DNA of 24,000 nucleotides from Fluoribacter dumoffii NY 23 (GTDB lineage Bacteria; Pseudomonadota; Gammaproteobacteria; Legionellales; Legionellaceae): NCBI RefSeq assembly GCF_000236165.1, contig NZ_CM001373.1, positions 397,677 to 421,676 of the forward strand, read 5' to 3'. Shown piece by piece: positions 1 to 9,374 of this stretch (position 1 is its first letter; each line of letters starts with the position of its first letter). The notes under the pieces were generated by a model. It saw only the letters and a program-made list of their open reading frames with translations, ran no database searches and was not told where the DNA came from. The position numbers and the translations under genes were made by a program.

Positions 1-14
1 CTCATGCTTCAATT

Positions 15-3000
15 GTGTCTAATGTCAGGTTAACGCAATCGCAGATAAAATGTATTTATCTACCCCAAGCCTTATCCTTGCCTTCACACTACATGAAGAC
101 ATTGATGGAGTTGGAATTTGAAAATTTTGACTATCGCTTGGTGTATTATGATCAACACATGCAACGTCTGACTCCAGTGTTTGATTCTTTACTACTAAGT
201 GGAACGCCAAGTCATTTAGCGCAACAAAAAATTGCTGTTTTGGGAGGATTGGGTGAATTAGGAATGCAATTTTGCTTGACCCTAAATGCATTAGGTATTT
301 CTCAATATGATGTCTATGGCCGCAGTCCCGCATCGCAAAAGCAATCACAACTTGCCAGTCTTTATCCGCATGTACGCTACGTCGAGCACGACTTTTTATC
401 ATCGACTTATCAAACCGGGGGCTATGATGTCATTATTAATTGTATTGGCTTAATGCCAGGGCAAGCGGATAACACTGCAGCACGAATAAAATTAAAAGAG
501 AATTACAAGCGATTTGTGGAGTTGGCGCAACCCAAAAAAATCATCACCATTTCTTCTTTATCTGCCTGGGTTGGCTTTGGCGATGAGCCTGCTTATGCCG
601 TAGATAACGCGTCGGTGTTAGAATTTTCTAACTCCAATTGTGAACATGTTATAGTCTATTGTCCATTAATACTCACCGCCGCTTTGGAAGCAAAAACAAG
701 TCGAGAATGGTTCAACTGGAGCCAGCAAAATCAAGGATTGGCTTTGTTTTCACTGGACTCATTTAAAGGTGCTTGTTCTCATATATTATCATTAAGTGGG
801 GGCGAATATTTACCCTTTGTTGGCAATGAACAAACCCTGAAAAGTTACCTGCAAGGTCGCTTACAGTTGCCAAAGGAAATAAATTTTCAATCAGATAAAC
901 AAACACAGACCGATCCTTTGTTGGCAATGATTGAGGCTATTTTAGGGATTCCATCAGATAAAATTGATGCAACAAAATCCTTTCAGGAACTGGGTTTTAA
1001 TTCTCTGACTCTTGCTAGTTTTGCTGAAAAAATATCCACATGTTTCAATAAGAACTTTAATCCCAGCCGATTTTTTGAAATTCAAAATCTAAATGATCTA
1101 AGAGACTTACTGAATGTTTCACCAGTTGCAGAAATAACTTCCTCTAAGGATTTTTCTAAAAGTGATGACGATCCCATCGTTGTATGTGGACATGCCTGTC
1201 AATTTGCCGATAGCGAAAACGCCACTATATTCTGGCAGAATCTAGTGTCAGGGAAGGAGTGCACTCAATCTACATTACAACAGCGCTTTGGCCCTGGTGT
1301 TCCTGAGACAAGAATAGGGCTCTTGGAAGGTATTGACCTCTTTGATCATCCATTTTTTGCAATCTCACCCCAAGAAGCCAAATGGCTAGATCCGCAACAG
1401 CGATTACTCTTACAGTTAAGTTGGCATTTGTTTGAGAATGCAGGTATCGCGCCTTCTTCATTGAAAGGCGAAGCGGTAGGGGTGTTTGTTGCCATTCAGT
1501 TTGATGATTATGCCCGTCTCTCTGATAGAGAACAAAGCTTGGATATTTATCAAATCACTGGCTGTGCGAAAACGTTTGCTGCCAATCGACTGTCTTACTA
1601 CTACGATTTCCATGGCCCCAGTGAAACCATCGACACGGCTTGTTCTAGTAGTATGTCGGCAATTGCCAGAGCAGTTCAGGCTTTAAGAAATGAGGAATGT
1701 GACTATGCCCTGGTTATGGGGGTAAGCCTATTATGTGATTTCAAAACGGTTGAGTTAACAGAACAACTTCACATTATTTCGCCAAAAGGACAGTGTCGGC
1801 CTTTTGATAAAGATGCCGATGGTTATGTCAAAGGGGAGGGGGTTGCTGGCATTTTATTAACCAAAAGGTCTATTGCTGAGAAAAGAACATTACGTACTGA
1901 AGCAATCGTTTCAGGCATCGCGGTCAATCATGGAGGCCGTGCTCAGTCAATCACTGCGCCAAATGGTAAAGCAGAGCAAGAGGTGATGCGTCGAGCCTAT
2001 GTGAAGTCCTCAGTTTCTCCTTCCGAGATTGATTATTTGGAAGCGCATGCAACAGCGACAAAATTGGGGGATCCCGTCGAATATCAAGCGATTACTGCAG
2101 TATTTGGGCAAGGAAACAGGATTGGGTTGGGATCAGTTAAAGCCAATATTGGTCATACAGAACCGGTTTCTGGCCTCGCCGGCATTATCAAAGCCCTACA
2201 AATGTTTGCTCATCAATGTATCCCGCAACAAATTAATTTTACTGAGATTAATCCTTATATTGAATTACAAGCTCCTTTTTATATTGAATCCAACACGGTA
2301 TCCAAAGAACTACGGCACATTGGGGTGAATTGTTTTGGATTTGGTGGCAGTAATGGCCATTGTGTTTTGAGCCATGTTCAGCAACAACAGCCAACTTACT
2401 TTTTGCCATATTACTTATTTGTATTGTCTGCACACAATCAACAGGCATTGGACGAGTTACATCAACGCTGGTTAACCTTTGTCATAAAACATCCAGACAT
2501 TGATCGAACAGCACTTTGTAAAACGATGTCTCTAGGACGTGATCATTTACCCTACCGAGCCTGCTGGATCCTGGATCCAAATAAGGCTCTCCTACAGCAA
2601 CTGCAAACTCAGACCTGTTTGTCGACAACGGACTCCGATAATGTGAGTTATCAGCCTTTTCTCAATGTAGAAACCAACGAGCTTGGAAATTATTTAGGGA
2701 AGATTGCTTCTTCTTATATGAATGGCAAGGATATTCCATGGTCTACATTATATCAGGGTATTGAATGCTTTCCGCTCATATTATCCGAATATCCTTTTGC
2801 GAAATACCGCCATTGGATTGGCAATGAGATGGCCTCCTATTCTAAATCGGAATTCAATCAACCTTTGGAATGTTATAAGGAAGAATGGCAGACTTGCACC
2901 TTACAGACATTTAGGTTCACTGATCATGAAACGATATTAATCATAGGATATGAGACGCATCATGCATTAATGACGGCGTTAGTAAATCAACTTCCATTAA

Positions 3001-5459
3001 GCCAAGTCAGCCTCATTCTGATAGATGAAGACTATCCAATACGTTTAGTCCATGCATTGCAAGAAAAACCACAGAGAATCTATTATTTTGGTAGTTTAAG
3101 TCGAATGAGCGATAATTTATTAGAGTCTCAAGACAATCAATTACAAAAACCATTGCTGCATTTGTTGCAATCCATTCAAACTCATTTAAAGGATATGGCG
3201 ATTGATTTACATGTCATTGCCAGCAGGGTTATGCAAATAAGATCTAAACCTATTGATAATGCTCCAGCGGCAGCCATGTATGGTTTAGTACAGTCATTCA
3301 GTAAAGAAATAAATAACTGTCGATGCCACTGTATAGCGGTTGCTGATCTTGATTTACTGGCAGATGCGATGAAGATAAATTGTCAGGATGCTAGCCTCTA
3401 TTATTTTGATGGTTATCTATTATATACACGGCGATTGGTTCCGGTTAACCTCTCACCTCAGAAAGTAAATCTTGAAAATAGAATTGTTGTTTTAGTAGGG
3501 GGTAGCGGACAAGTGGGGCAGCAGTTACTGCCACACTTGTTAGCCCAAAAACCTGCCCAATGTATATGTATCAGCAGAACCTTTACTGATTTAGGAGAGG
3601 GAGTAATACATTATGCTGCTGATTGCACCGATAGGTTTGTTTTTCTAGAAACGATTGAGAAAATTATCGAACGCTACCATCGAATAGATTACCTTATTCA
3701 TTTGGGATCAACGTATCTTGAAACTGACATCGCCGCCTTAAAGTATGAGGACTACCTGGATCAAATACGAGCCAAGGTCTGGGGGACACAATACTGTTTA
3801 GAGGCTGCTAAGCTACCACAAGTACAATCGATTTTGATTAGTTCATCGGCGCAAGTCTATAGTCAAAATGAAAAGCGTGGAGCTTACAGCGCTGCTTGTT
3901 ATTATAGTGATGCCTTGGTGCAGCAATTTGACTCCGACAAAGTCAACTTGCTCCATTGGGGATTTTGGCAGCAAAAAGATGAAGCGATGAATCAATCGAT
4001 GTGCTCAGTTGGCATTCATCCCATTAATGGCCAACAAGGATGTGAGGCATTGCTATCAGTAATGACAGGCGCTAGAGCAAATGTAAGTTGTTTTTTAGTT
4101 GATGCAGGCATGAAAGCATTTATGCCTATCACTGAACAGTCGCAGCAGCCTTTACTGCAAGTGATTTATTTTCATCAACTATTACAACAACTTGAAATCT
4201 ATGCGGCAGATTTAATCTGGTCAACTTTGATAAGCTGTGGTGTTATTTTTACGCAAGATAGACAACCATGTCTTAATCATCATCATGTGGTGCAATCATA
4301 TCACCAGTATTTGCAGAATTTAGTCGAGCATCTGCTGAAAGTGGCAAACAATCATAATTATGATTTAACCGCATTGAATGATAATCAGCTCTTAACCAGG
4401 CGCTGGCGACAGTTTAAAGATACTCCTGATTTGCAGCCTTTCCTAAATTTACTTGAGCGTTGTGTATCGTTATTACCAAAAGTCCTTTCTGGACAAATAA
4501 GTCCTCAACAAGTTCTTTTTCCAAATGGTTGCGAGGATTTAGTTAGAGGGGTCTATCAATTTAATCCCTTGGCACAATATTATAATCGAGTGGTTGCGAA
4601 GGTTGTGCATGAGATCTGTGATAATAATCACAGATTACCTATTTTAGAAGTTGGCGCTGGAACAGGTGCTACTACAGCAGAAATTCTAGTAGAAGGTTAT
4701 CTGGATTTAGATTATACCTTCACCGATATTAACCTTGATTTTCTCGAACAGGCAAAACAACGATTTGCTGAAGCAGCCAATCTGCATTTGCAACAATTTG
4801 ATATCAATACGGACCAGGCACAAAATGCTTATGAACTTATCATTGCCAGCAATGTTCTTCATACTTGTGAGGATTTGCCACAGACACTTATTCGACTTAA
4901 TCAGAGCTTATCTCTTGGCGGTCATTTGATCATTAATGAAGCCGTTGCATCGAGTTTATTTTTAGATGCAACTTTTGGATTATTACCGCAGTGGAACAAA
5001 CAAAAGCAAGATGGTAGAATTAATGGCAGTCCGCTGCTAGGTAAAGAACAATGGGTGGCTTGTTTGGAAAAAGCAGGATTTAGCGTTTCGTTTTGCGACA
5101 CTCCTGAATGGGTTGAACAAGTGGTCATCATCGCATGCGTAACCCAGAAAAAAGCTTACCTGAAAGAAGCACCAGTTAGAAGAGTAAAATTAACTGAAAG
5201 TCCCAAACCACTGATAAGGGAATCAAAGCATTTTTCATCTTCTTTGACTGACATCCTTGCTGAAGCTTTAAACATTTCACCGGAGTCTTTACAAAAGAAT
5301 CGTTCGCTGCAAAGTTATGGTCTGGATTCAATATCCGCTATTCATTTAACCCAAACCATAAAACAAATCTATGGCCTGGATATACCGCCTACGCGTTTAT
5401 TACAGGATGAACCCATAGCGTTATTTCTTAAGGAATTTGATTTGGAGTGTTCATTATGA
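15..5459 (+). CDS. Type I polyketide synthase, AT-less single module: SDR/KR-like - ACP - KS - KR - C-methyltransferase - ACP (possibly 5'-partial at window edge)
   Basis: 1814-aa ORF. N-terminal Rossmann motif GGLGELG (from nt 243) with YAVDN. Carrier motif LGFNSL (Ser codon 1002-1004). KS motifs DTACSSS (Cys codon 1641-1643), EAHATATKLGDP (His 2046-2048) and NIGHTE (His 2154-2156). The post-KS linker (LSAHNQQALDEL...) runs directly to YPFAKYRHW with no acyltransferase domain between. KR motifs GGSGQVG (from 3498) and YSAAC. SAM-binding motif LEVGAGTG (from 4644). Second carrier motif YGLDSIS (Ser codon 5328-5330). No in-frame stop lies between nt 3 and the GTG at 15, so the true start may be upstream of the window or at an internal Met (e.g. 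nt 93). Confidence 0.93.
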   Translation: MSNVRLTQSQIKCIYLPQALSLPSHYMKTLMELEFENFDYRLVYYDQHMQRLTPVFDSLLLSGTPSHLAQQKIAVLGGLGELGMQFCLTLNALGISQYDVYGRSPASQKQSQLASLYPHVRYVEHDFLSSTYQTGGYDVIINCIGLMPGQADNTAARIKLKENYKRFVELAQPKKIITISSLSAWVGFGDEPAYAVDNASVLEFSNSNCEHVIVYCPLILTAALEAKTSREWFNWSQQNQGLALFSLDSFKGACSHILSLSGGEYLPFVGNEQTLKSYLQGRLQLPKEINFQSDKQTQTDPLLAMIEAILGIPSDKIDATKSFQELGFNSLTLASFAEKISTCFNKNFNPSRFFEIQNLNDLRDLLNVSPVAEITSSKDFSKSDDDPIVVCGHACQFADSENATIFWQNLVSGKECTQSTLQQRFGPGVPETRIGLLEGIDLFDHPFFAISPQEAKWLDPQQRLLLQLSWHLFENAGIAPSSLKGEAVGVFVAIQFDDYARLSDREQSLDIYQITGCAKTFAANRLSYYYDFHGPSETIDTACSSSMSAIARAVQALRNEECDYALVMGVSLLCDFKTVELTEQLHIISPKGQCRPFDKDADGYVKGEGVAGILLTKRSIAEKRTLRTEAIVSGIAVNHGGRAQSITAPNGKAEQEVMRRAYVKSSVSPSEIDYLEAHATATKLGDPVEYQAITAVFGQGNRIGLGSVKANIGHTEPVSGLAGIIKALQMFAHQCIPQQINFTEINPYIELQAPFYIESNTVSKELRHIGVNCFGFGGSNGHCVLSHVQQQQPTYFLPYYLFVLSAHNQQALDELHQRWLTFVIKHPDIDRTALCKTMSLGRDHLPYRACWILDPNKALLQQLQTQTCLSTTDSDNVSYQPFLNVETNELGNYLGKIASSYMNGKDIPWSTLYQGIECFPLILSEYPFAKYRHWIGNEMASYSKSEFNQPLECYKEEWQTCTLQTFRFTDHETILIIGYETHHALMTALVNQLPLSQVSLILIDEDYPIRLVHALQEKPQRIYYFGSLSRMSDNLLESQDNQLQKPLLHLLQSIQTHLKDMAIDLHVIASRVMQIRSKPIDNAPAAAMYGLVQSFSKEINNCRCHCIAVADLDLLADAMKINCQDASLYYFDGYLLYTRRLVPVNLSPQKVNLENRIVVLVGGSGQVGQQLLPHLLAQKPAQCICISRTFTDLGEGVIHYAADCTDRFVFLETIEKIIERYHRIDYLIHLGSTYLETDIAALKYEDYLDQIRAKVWGTQYCLEAAKLPQVQSILISSSAQVYSQNEKRGAYSAACYYSDALVQQFDSDKVNLLHWGFWQQKDEAMNQSMCSVGIHPINGQQGCEALLSVMTGARANVSCFLVDAGMKAFMPITEQSQQPLLQVIYFHQLLQQLEIYAADLIWSTLISCGVIFTQDRQPCLNHHHVVQSYHQYLQNLVEHLLKVANNHNYDLTALNDNQLLTRRWRQFKDTPDLQPFLNLLERCVSLLPKVLSGQISPQQVLFPNGCEDLVRGVYQFNPLAQYYNRVVAKVVHEICDNNHRLPILEVGAGTGATTAEILVEGYLDLDYTFTDINLDFLEQAKQRFAEAANLHLQQFDINTDQAQNAYELIIASNVLHTCEDLPQTLIRLNQSLSLGGHLIINEAVASSLFLDATFGLLPQWNKQKQDGRINGSPLLGKEQWVACLEKAGFSVSFCDTPEWVEQVVIIACVTQKKAYLKEAPVRRVKLTESPKPLIRESKHFSSSLTDILAEALNISPESLQKNRSLQSYGLDSISAIHLTQTIKQIYGLDIPPTRLLQDEPIALFLKEFDLECSL

Positions 5460-6412
5460 TGGGTAACCAAGAGTACAAGGAAATTCGTCAACAGCTGAAT
5501 TTTACAAGAGGGTTGGGTAGTGCCTTTGGATTTTTAATAGTCGATGGCATACTGTTGTTTCTTGCTTTGCATTGGATTCAAAGTGCTTCAGTGACCTTGT
5601 ATGTAGTGTCTCAACTCGCACTAGCTATAGTAATGCTGCATGCCTTTTTATGGGTACATGAGTGTGGGCATAATACCTTATCGAAAAGTAAAATGATTAA
5701 CGCACTGGTTGGCCATTTTTACAGTATTTTTTGTTTTATGCCGTTTTATACCTGGAAATTCATACATGAAGAACACCATAAATGGACTGGTCATATTGAT
5801 AAAGATCCGGTGTTTGCCTTGCTTAAGGATGCTAAGAAAAAGAAAAAGCTTCCCTGGATATTTCATTTTGGTTGGCGGACGTTTATCCCATTGAATGTGT
5901 TTTTTCTCTATGTTGTTTATTGGCGATATCCTTTGACTTTAAAGCGTGAAAATAAACTAAACCTATTTATCCTGAAACATTGCTTGTTTTCCATGGGTGT
6001 ATTAGTTGTCGCTTATGCACTAGTTTATTGGTTAATGCCAGCCAATATTCATTTCTATTCCTTGTTGCCCGCGCTAGTTCTTTATGCACTGATGTGGGAG
6101 ACTCTCTCCACACCACAACACCTTGGCCTGGAACCAACCAGCCATAGGCCACAACTGAAAGATCATATAAATACCACGCGCAGTACCTGGTTTCCCACCT
6201 TATTACAGCGTTATCTTTTTTTGAATTTTGGTTACCATATCGAACACCATCTGTTTCCAGCACTGCCGTGGCACGAACTCGAAAAGGCACATGACCTGCT
6301 GAAAAACAAGCTAGGCAATCATTATAATATGGTGACTGGTGGAAAATGGAATGTGCAAATGCGCAGCCAAAATATGGAAATCGCCATTGGAGTGCATAAC
6401 AGTGATAGCTGA
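5456..6412 (+). CDS. Membrane-bound fatty acid desaturase family protein
   Basis: Three histidine boxes typical of integral-membrane desaturases: HECGH, HEEHH and HIEHH. Several hydrophobic helices. The ATG at 5456 overlaps the PKS stop (ATGA, 5456-5459), so I prefer it to the track's GTG at 5447. Confidence 0.88.
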   Translation: MMGNQEYKEIRQQLNFTRGLGSAFGFLIVDGILLFLALHWIQSASVTLYVVSQLALAIVMLHAFLWVHECGHNTLSKSKMINALVGHFYSIFCFMPFYTWKFIHEEHHKWTGHIDKDPVFALLKDAKKKKKLPWIFHFGWRTFIPLNVFFLYVVYWRYPLTLKRENKLNLFILKHCLFSMGVLVVAYALVYWLMPANIHFYSLLPALVLYALMWETLSTPQHLGLEPTSHRPQLKDHINTTRSTWFPTLLQRYLFLNFGYHIEHHLFPALPWHELEKAHDLLKNKLGNHYNMVTGGKWNVQMRSQNMEIAIGVHNSDS

Positions 6413-6413
6413 T

Positions 6414-7004
6414 GTGACTCAAGTGAATCACTATTCCTATCCCGAGTTTGTGAACGATCTTCACTTTAAGCAAAAGATAGTCCTATGTGACAGTCATTCT
6501 GTTAAAAGTAGAATGGATTGCTTATCTTATTTTAATTGGCAGAAACTTACTTTTGATTTTTTAGCTGAACAAGATGGTACTTTGTTGCTTTATAAAAATA
6601 GTGAGATCATCAAACAACTGAAAGAACCCAAGTCCTTTGTAGTGAGTTCATTATTTAAAAAGAGTGAACTCTTATCACACTATTTTGACAATGAGATGCA
6701 ATTTAACCAGTGGTGTTTTGATAATTTTCTCATCCATAAGATATCGAAAAAGTATATCCAACTGTATGCATATTATGATGCCTTTAGTCGCCATCCTATG
6801 ACAGGTGAGTTAAGTCTGCCTCCCTTTCTATACGCCAAGCAGCATCCAGAACTGGAATTGTCTGCTTCATTGGCTGAAATGGCCAATGTAGAGCCTAAGA
6901 CCATTGCTATCAAAAAAGGGCAAAGTATTCATTTTGATAAATATCTTTATCAGATTCACTATTTTCCAGGGCTACAATGGATAGGAGAGAGCTTTGCAGG
7001 TTGA
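6414..7004 (+). CDS. Hypothetical protein (no recognisable motif) embedded in the PKS operon
   Basis: Open frame 6339-7004. The first 74 nt overlap the desaturase. The GTG at 6414 lies 2 nt after the desaturase stop (6410-6412) and is the most economical start. The 3' end overlaps the next gene by 11 nt. I found no catalytic motif, and no PPTase or thioesterase signature. Confidence 0.55.
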   Translation: MTQVNHYSYPEFVNDLHFKQKIVLCDSHSVKSRMDCLSYFNWQKLTFDFLAEQDGTLLLYKNSEIIKQLKEPKSFVVSSLFKKSELLSHYFDNEMQFNQWCFDNFLIHKISKKYIQLYAYYDAFSRHPMTGELSLPPFLYAKQHPELELSASLAEMANVEPKTIAIKKGQSIHFDKYLYQIHYFPGLQWIGESFAG

Positions 7005-7662
7005 GTTGTTAAAAACAAAACGCTTTAGTTTTATCAACTATTGCCCGCTGATAGTTGATCAAAATAGTAATAGCGCAATACTTATCGATCCAGCGTGGGA
7101 ACAAACATCCTTTAAACAACGACTCGATGAGTTGGGGGTTCAATTGTCTGCTATATTGTTGACCCATCACCACCTTGATCATAGTCATTTAGCCAATACT
7201 TTGGCAAAAGAATATGATGTGCCAGTTTACATGAGTCAGCGCGAAATTGATTACTATGATTTTGACTGCTATCGATTACAAGGCATTTTACCTCAGCAAC
7301 AAATCATTACTTTAGGTACTCATATGACGGTTTTAGTGCACCATACTCCTGGCCATACCATGGGTGGTGTTTGTTATCAAATTGAAGATAACCTATTTAC
7401 CGGGGACACTTTGTTTAATGAAGGTTGCGGTTTTTGTCACACTCGTGGTGGATGCCCTGGCATGATGTATGAATCATTGTCCCATTTAAAACGGGTCATT
7501 GACGACTCCATTAAAGTGTATCCAGGTCATCAATATCATAGTGAACTTGGATTGACATTTGCTCAAGTGAAGCAGCGTAATATTTATTTGAATATAGATA
7601 ACAAACAAGATTTTATTGCATTTCGCATGCAGAAAAAATCTGGTGTTTTGAAGTTTAGGTGA
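6994..7662 (+). CDS. Metallo-beta-lactamase fold hydrolase (GloB / hydroxyacylglutathione hydrolase-like; candidate thioester-cleaving release enzyme)
   Basis: HxHxDH motif in LTHHHLDHSH, a downstream HTPGHT and a GD..F motif. About 220 aa, typical of glyoxalase-II-like MBL enzymes. GGAGAGA (6984-6990) precedes the TTG start at 6994. Confidence 0.82.
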   Translation: MQVELLKTKRFSFINYCPLIVDQNSNSAILIDPAWEQTSFKQRLDELGVQLSAILLTHHHLDHSHLANTLAKEYDVPVYMSQREIDYYDFDCYRLQGILPQQQIITLGTHMTVLVHHTPGHTMGGVCYQIEDNLFTGDTLFNEGCGFCHTRGGCPGMMYESLSHLKRVIDDSIKVYPGHQYHSELGLTFAQVKQRNIYLNIDNKQDFIAFRMQKKSGVLKFR

Positions 7663-7664
7663 TT

Positions 7665-8495
7665 ATGAGTGTATTTATTTTTCCTGGACAAGGTGCCCAA
7701 TTCAAAGGGATGGGAAAGTCCTTATTTGCACAGTTCCCAGAAAAAGTGGAACTTGCTAATGACATACTTGGATATGATATTCGTAAGCGAGTAGACAGTG
7801 ATGATATTCATCAAACAGAGGTCACGCAACCATTGATTTATTGTGTTTCTTGCTTATCCTGGCTGATATTACGTGAGCACTATCAGCCTGAGATGGTTCT
7901 AGGACATAGTCTCGGTGAGTACGCAGCATTGTATGCAGCTCAAGTCTTTGACTTTGAAACGGGTTTGGAAATTGTCAAAAAAAGAGGCGAGCTGATGCAA
8001 TCCGTGAAGGGTGGCGCGATGGCTGCAGTGATTGGAATAAAGGCTGCTGATGTTGCAGATATAATTAAAAATAATCAATTGCCACTGTATGTTGCTAACT
8101 ATAATAGTCCAGACCAAACAGTCGTCGCGGGAACTCAGGATGCAATTTCAGGTTGTTCACAATTTTTCAAAGAGGCTAAATGGATACCCCTTGCTGTTTC
8201 TGGTGCTTTTCACTCCCCATTGATGAGTGATGTGAGCCAAAAGTTTAAATCCGTATTAGATGCCTATACCTTTGCACCCGCAAAACTACCTATCATTCTT
8301 AATGCTACTGCCCGTTGCCACGTTGATTGTCCAAATCCCTGGACAACAGTATTGAGTTCGCAATTAGTTAATCCGGTTTATTGGAACCAAAGCATTCAAT
8401 ACTGTCTATCATTGGGTTTTATAGATTTTATTGAAGTGGAGCCAGGAAAGCGGCTATCGGGGTTGATTAAGAACATACTCTTTCCCGTCGTTTGA
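7665..8495 (+). CDS. Discrete malonyl-CoA:ACP transacylase (FabD-type, candidate trans-acting AT for the AT-less PKS)
   Basis: N-terminal FIFPGQGAQ, active-site GHSLGEY and GAFHSPLM motifs. The GTG at 7659 overlaps the upstream stop (GTGA). The ATG at 7665 gives the canonical FabD N-terminus. Confidence 0.9.
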   Translation: MSVFIFPGQGAQFKGMGKSLFAQFPEKVELANDILGYDIRKRVDSDDIHQTEVTQPLIYCVSCLSWLILREHYQPEMVLGHSLGEYAALYAAQVFDFETGLEIVKKRGELMQSVKGGAMAAVIGIKAADVADIIKNNQLPLYVANYNSPDQTVVAGTQDAISGCSQFFKEAKWIPLAVSGAFHSPLMSDVSQKFKSVLDAYTFAPAKLPIILNATARCHVDCPNPWTTVLSSQLVNPVYWNQSIQYCLSLGFIDFIEVEPGKRLSGLIKNILFPVV

Positions 8496-9374
8496 TTGAA
8501 ACCAATAGTAACAGATGCCATCCACCGAATGCATAGTAGAGGTGATGTTGTGTTGTGAGCGATATTCATCTACGGCACGTTTACAGTCATCAAAACCACC
8601 ATAGTCATCGATGATACAAATACCGCCTTCACCCAATTTTGGATAAAAGGTAGTTAGCGCATGTAAGGTAGATTGATAGAAGTCTGCATCTACTCTTAAC
8701 AATGATAATTCCTTAATTTGTTTTTCCAGGTCAGGAAATGTCTGGTCAAACCAGCCTTGAACCAGCTTTACCCTTTGATCATAGAGATGGTATCGTTTGA
8801 AGGCCTCTATGACATCGTCATAACTGGTGGGATTTATTTCTTTTTGTGGAATGTAACTTAACTGTTTACAAAAATAACGAATTTTGGATTTTGTTGTTTC
8901 ACTGTACTCTTCATTTGGGAATGCTTCAAGAATATAGTTAACCAGCTTCTTTTGTAAGGATTGGGGGAAAATGGGTAGGCAGCGCATCAATAGTTTTAAA
9001 GTCAGTAATTGAAAACGGTTACTGACATAGGATTTGGATTGGGGAAACAAATCCGCGCCATAAACTGTACGCTCGCGTTCCTTGTCATAGATGTTTAAGC
9101 ATGCTTTAGCATAGAGAAGGGCGCCACCCCGCCAACATCCTGCTTCAAATACGTCGCCTTTAACCTGATGTTTGCAAATATGTTGAATGGCAAACTCAAT
9201 ATTATCCAGTCTCTTGGAACTTAATAAGGTTCTGATATTGCCATTGGTCATAAGTCGTTTGAAGTCAGCATTTGATTGAAAGAAAAATTGCCAATCAGGA
9301 TCACATTTTGTATCTAACAATCCCCTCAGACTTTGTTTGATAATAGATAGATAGTCTTGATTTATGGTAGTCAT
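8454..9374 (-). CDS. TylF/MycF-family (macrocin O-methyltransferase-like) SAM-dependent methyltransferase
   Basis: 306-aa ORF with GDVFEAGCWRGG (SAM-binding glycine-rich loop) and LLRVDADFYQST (metal/substrate motif of the TylF family). Its ATG overlaps the stop of the upstream minus-strand gene (ATGA at 9371-9374). Confidence 0.8.
   Translation of the reverse strand: MTTINQDYLSIIKQSLRGLLDTKCDPDWQFFFQSNADFKRLMTNGNIRTLLSSKRLDNIEFAIQHICKHQVKGDVFEAGCWRGGALLYAKACLNIYDKERERTVYGADLFPQSKSYVSNRFQLLTLKLLMRCLPIFPQSLQKKLVNYILEAFPNEEYSETTKSKIRYFCKQLSYIPQKEINPTSYDDVIEAFKRYHLYDQRVKLVQGWFDQTFPDLEKQIKELSLLRVDADFYQSTLHALTTFYPKLGEGGICIIDDYGGFDDCKRAVDEYRSQHNITSTMHSVDGICYYWFQSNDGKEYVLNQPR

Noticed and set aside
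25-5131. Short ORFs inside or antisense to the PKS gene (25-402, 1270-1461, 1486-1686, 2029-2328, 2248-2448, 2722-2940, 4735-4929, 4922-5131)
   Set aside because: All lie within a frame that carries continuous, motif-verified PKS domains. Their products are low-complexity with no recognisable motifs, so they are most likely frame shadows.
5834-5848. AAGAAAAAGAAAAAG purine run (KKKKK) in the desaturase as a slippery or phase-variable tract
   Set aside because: It is interrupted by G residues, encodes a plausible cytoplasmic basic loop, and shows no frameshifted continuation ORF.
5967-6473. 168-aa ORF antisense to the desaturase (also 5678-5866 and 5709-5894)
   Set aside because: The plus-strand frame carries all three desaturase histidine boxes. 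The antisense product has no motif and an implausible composition.
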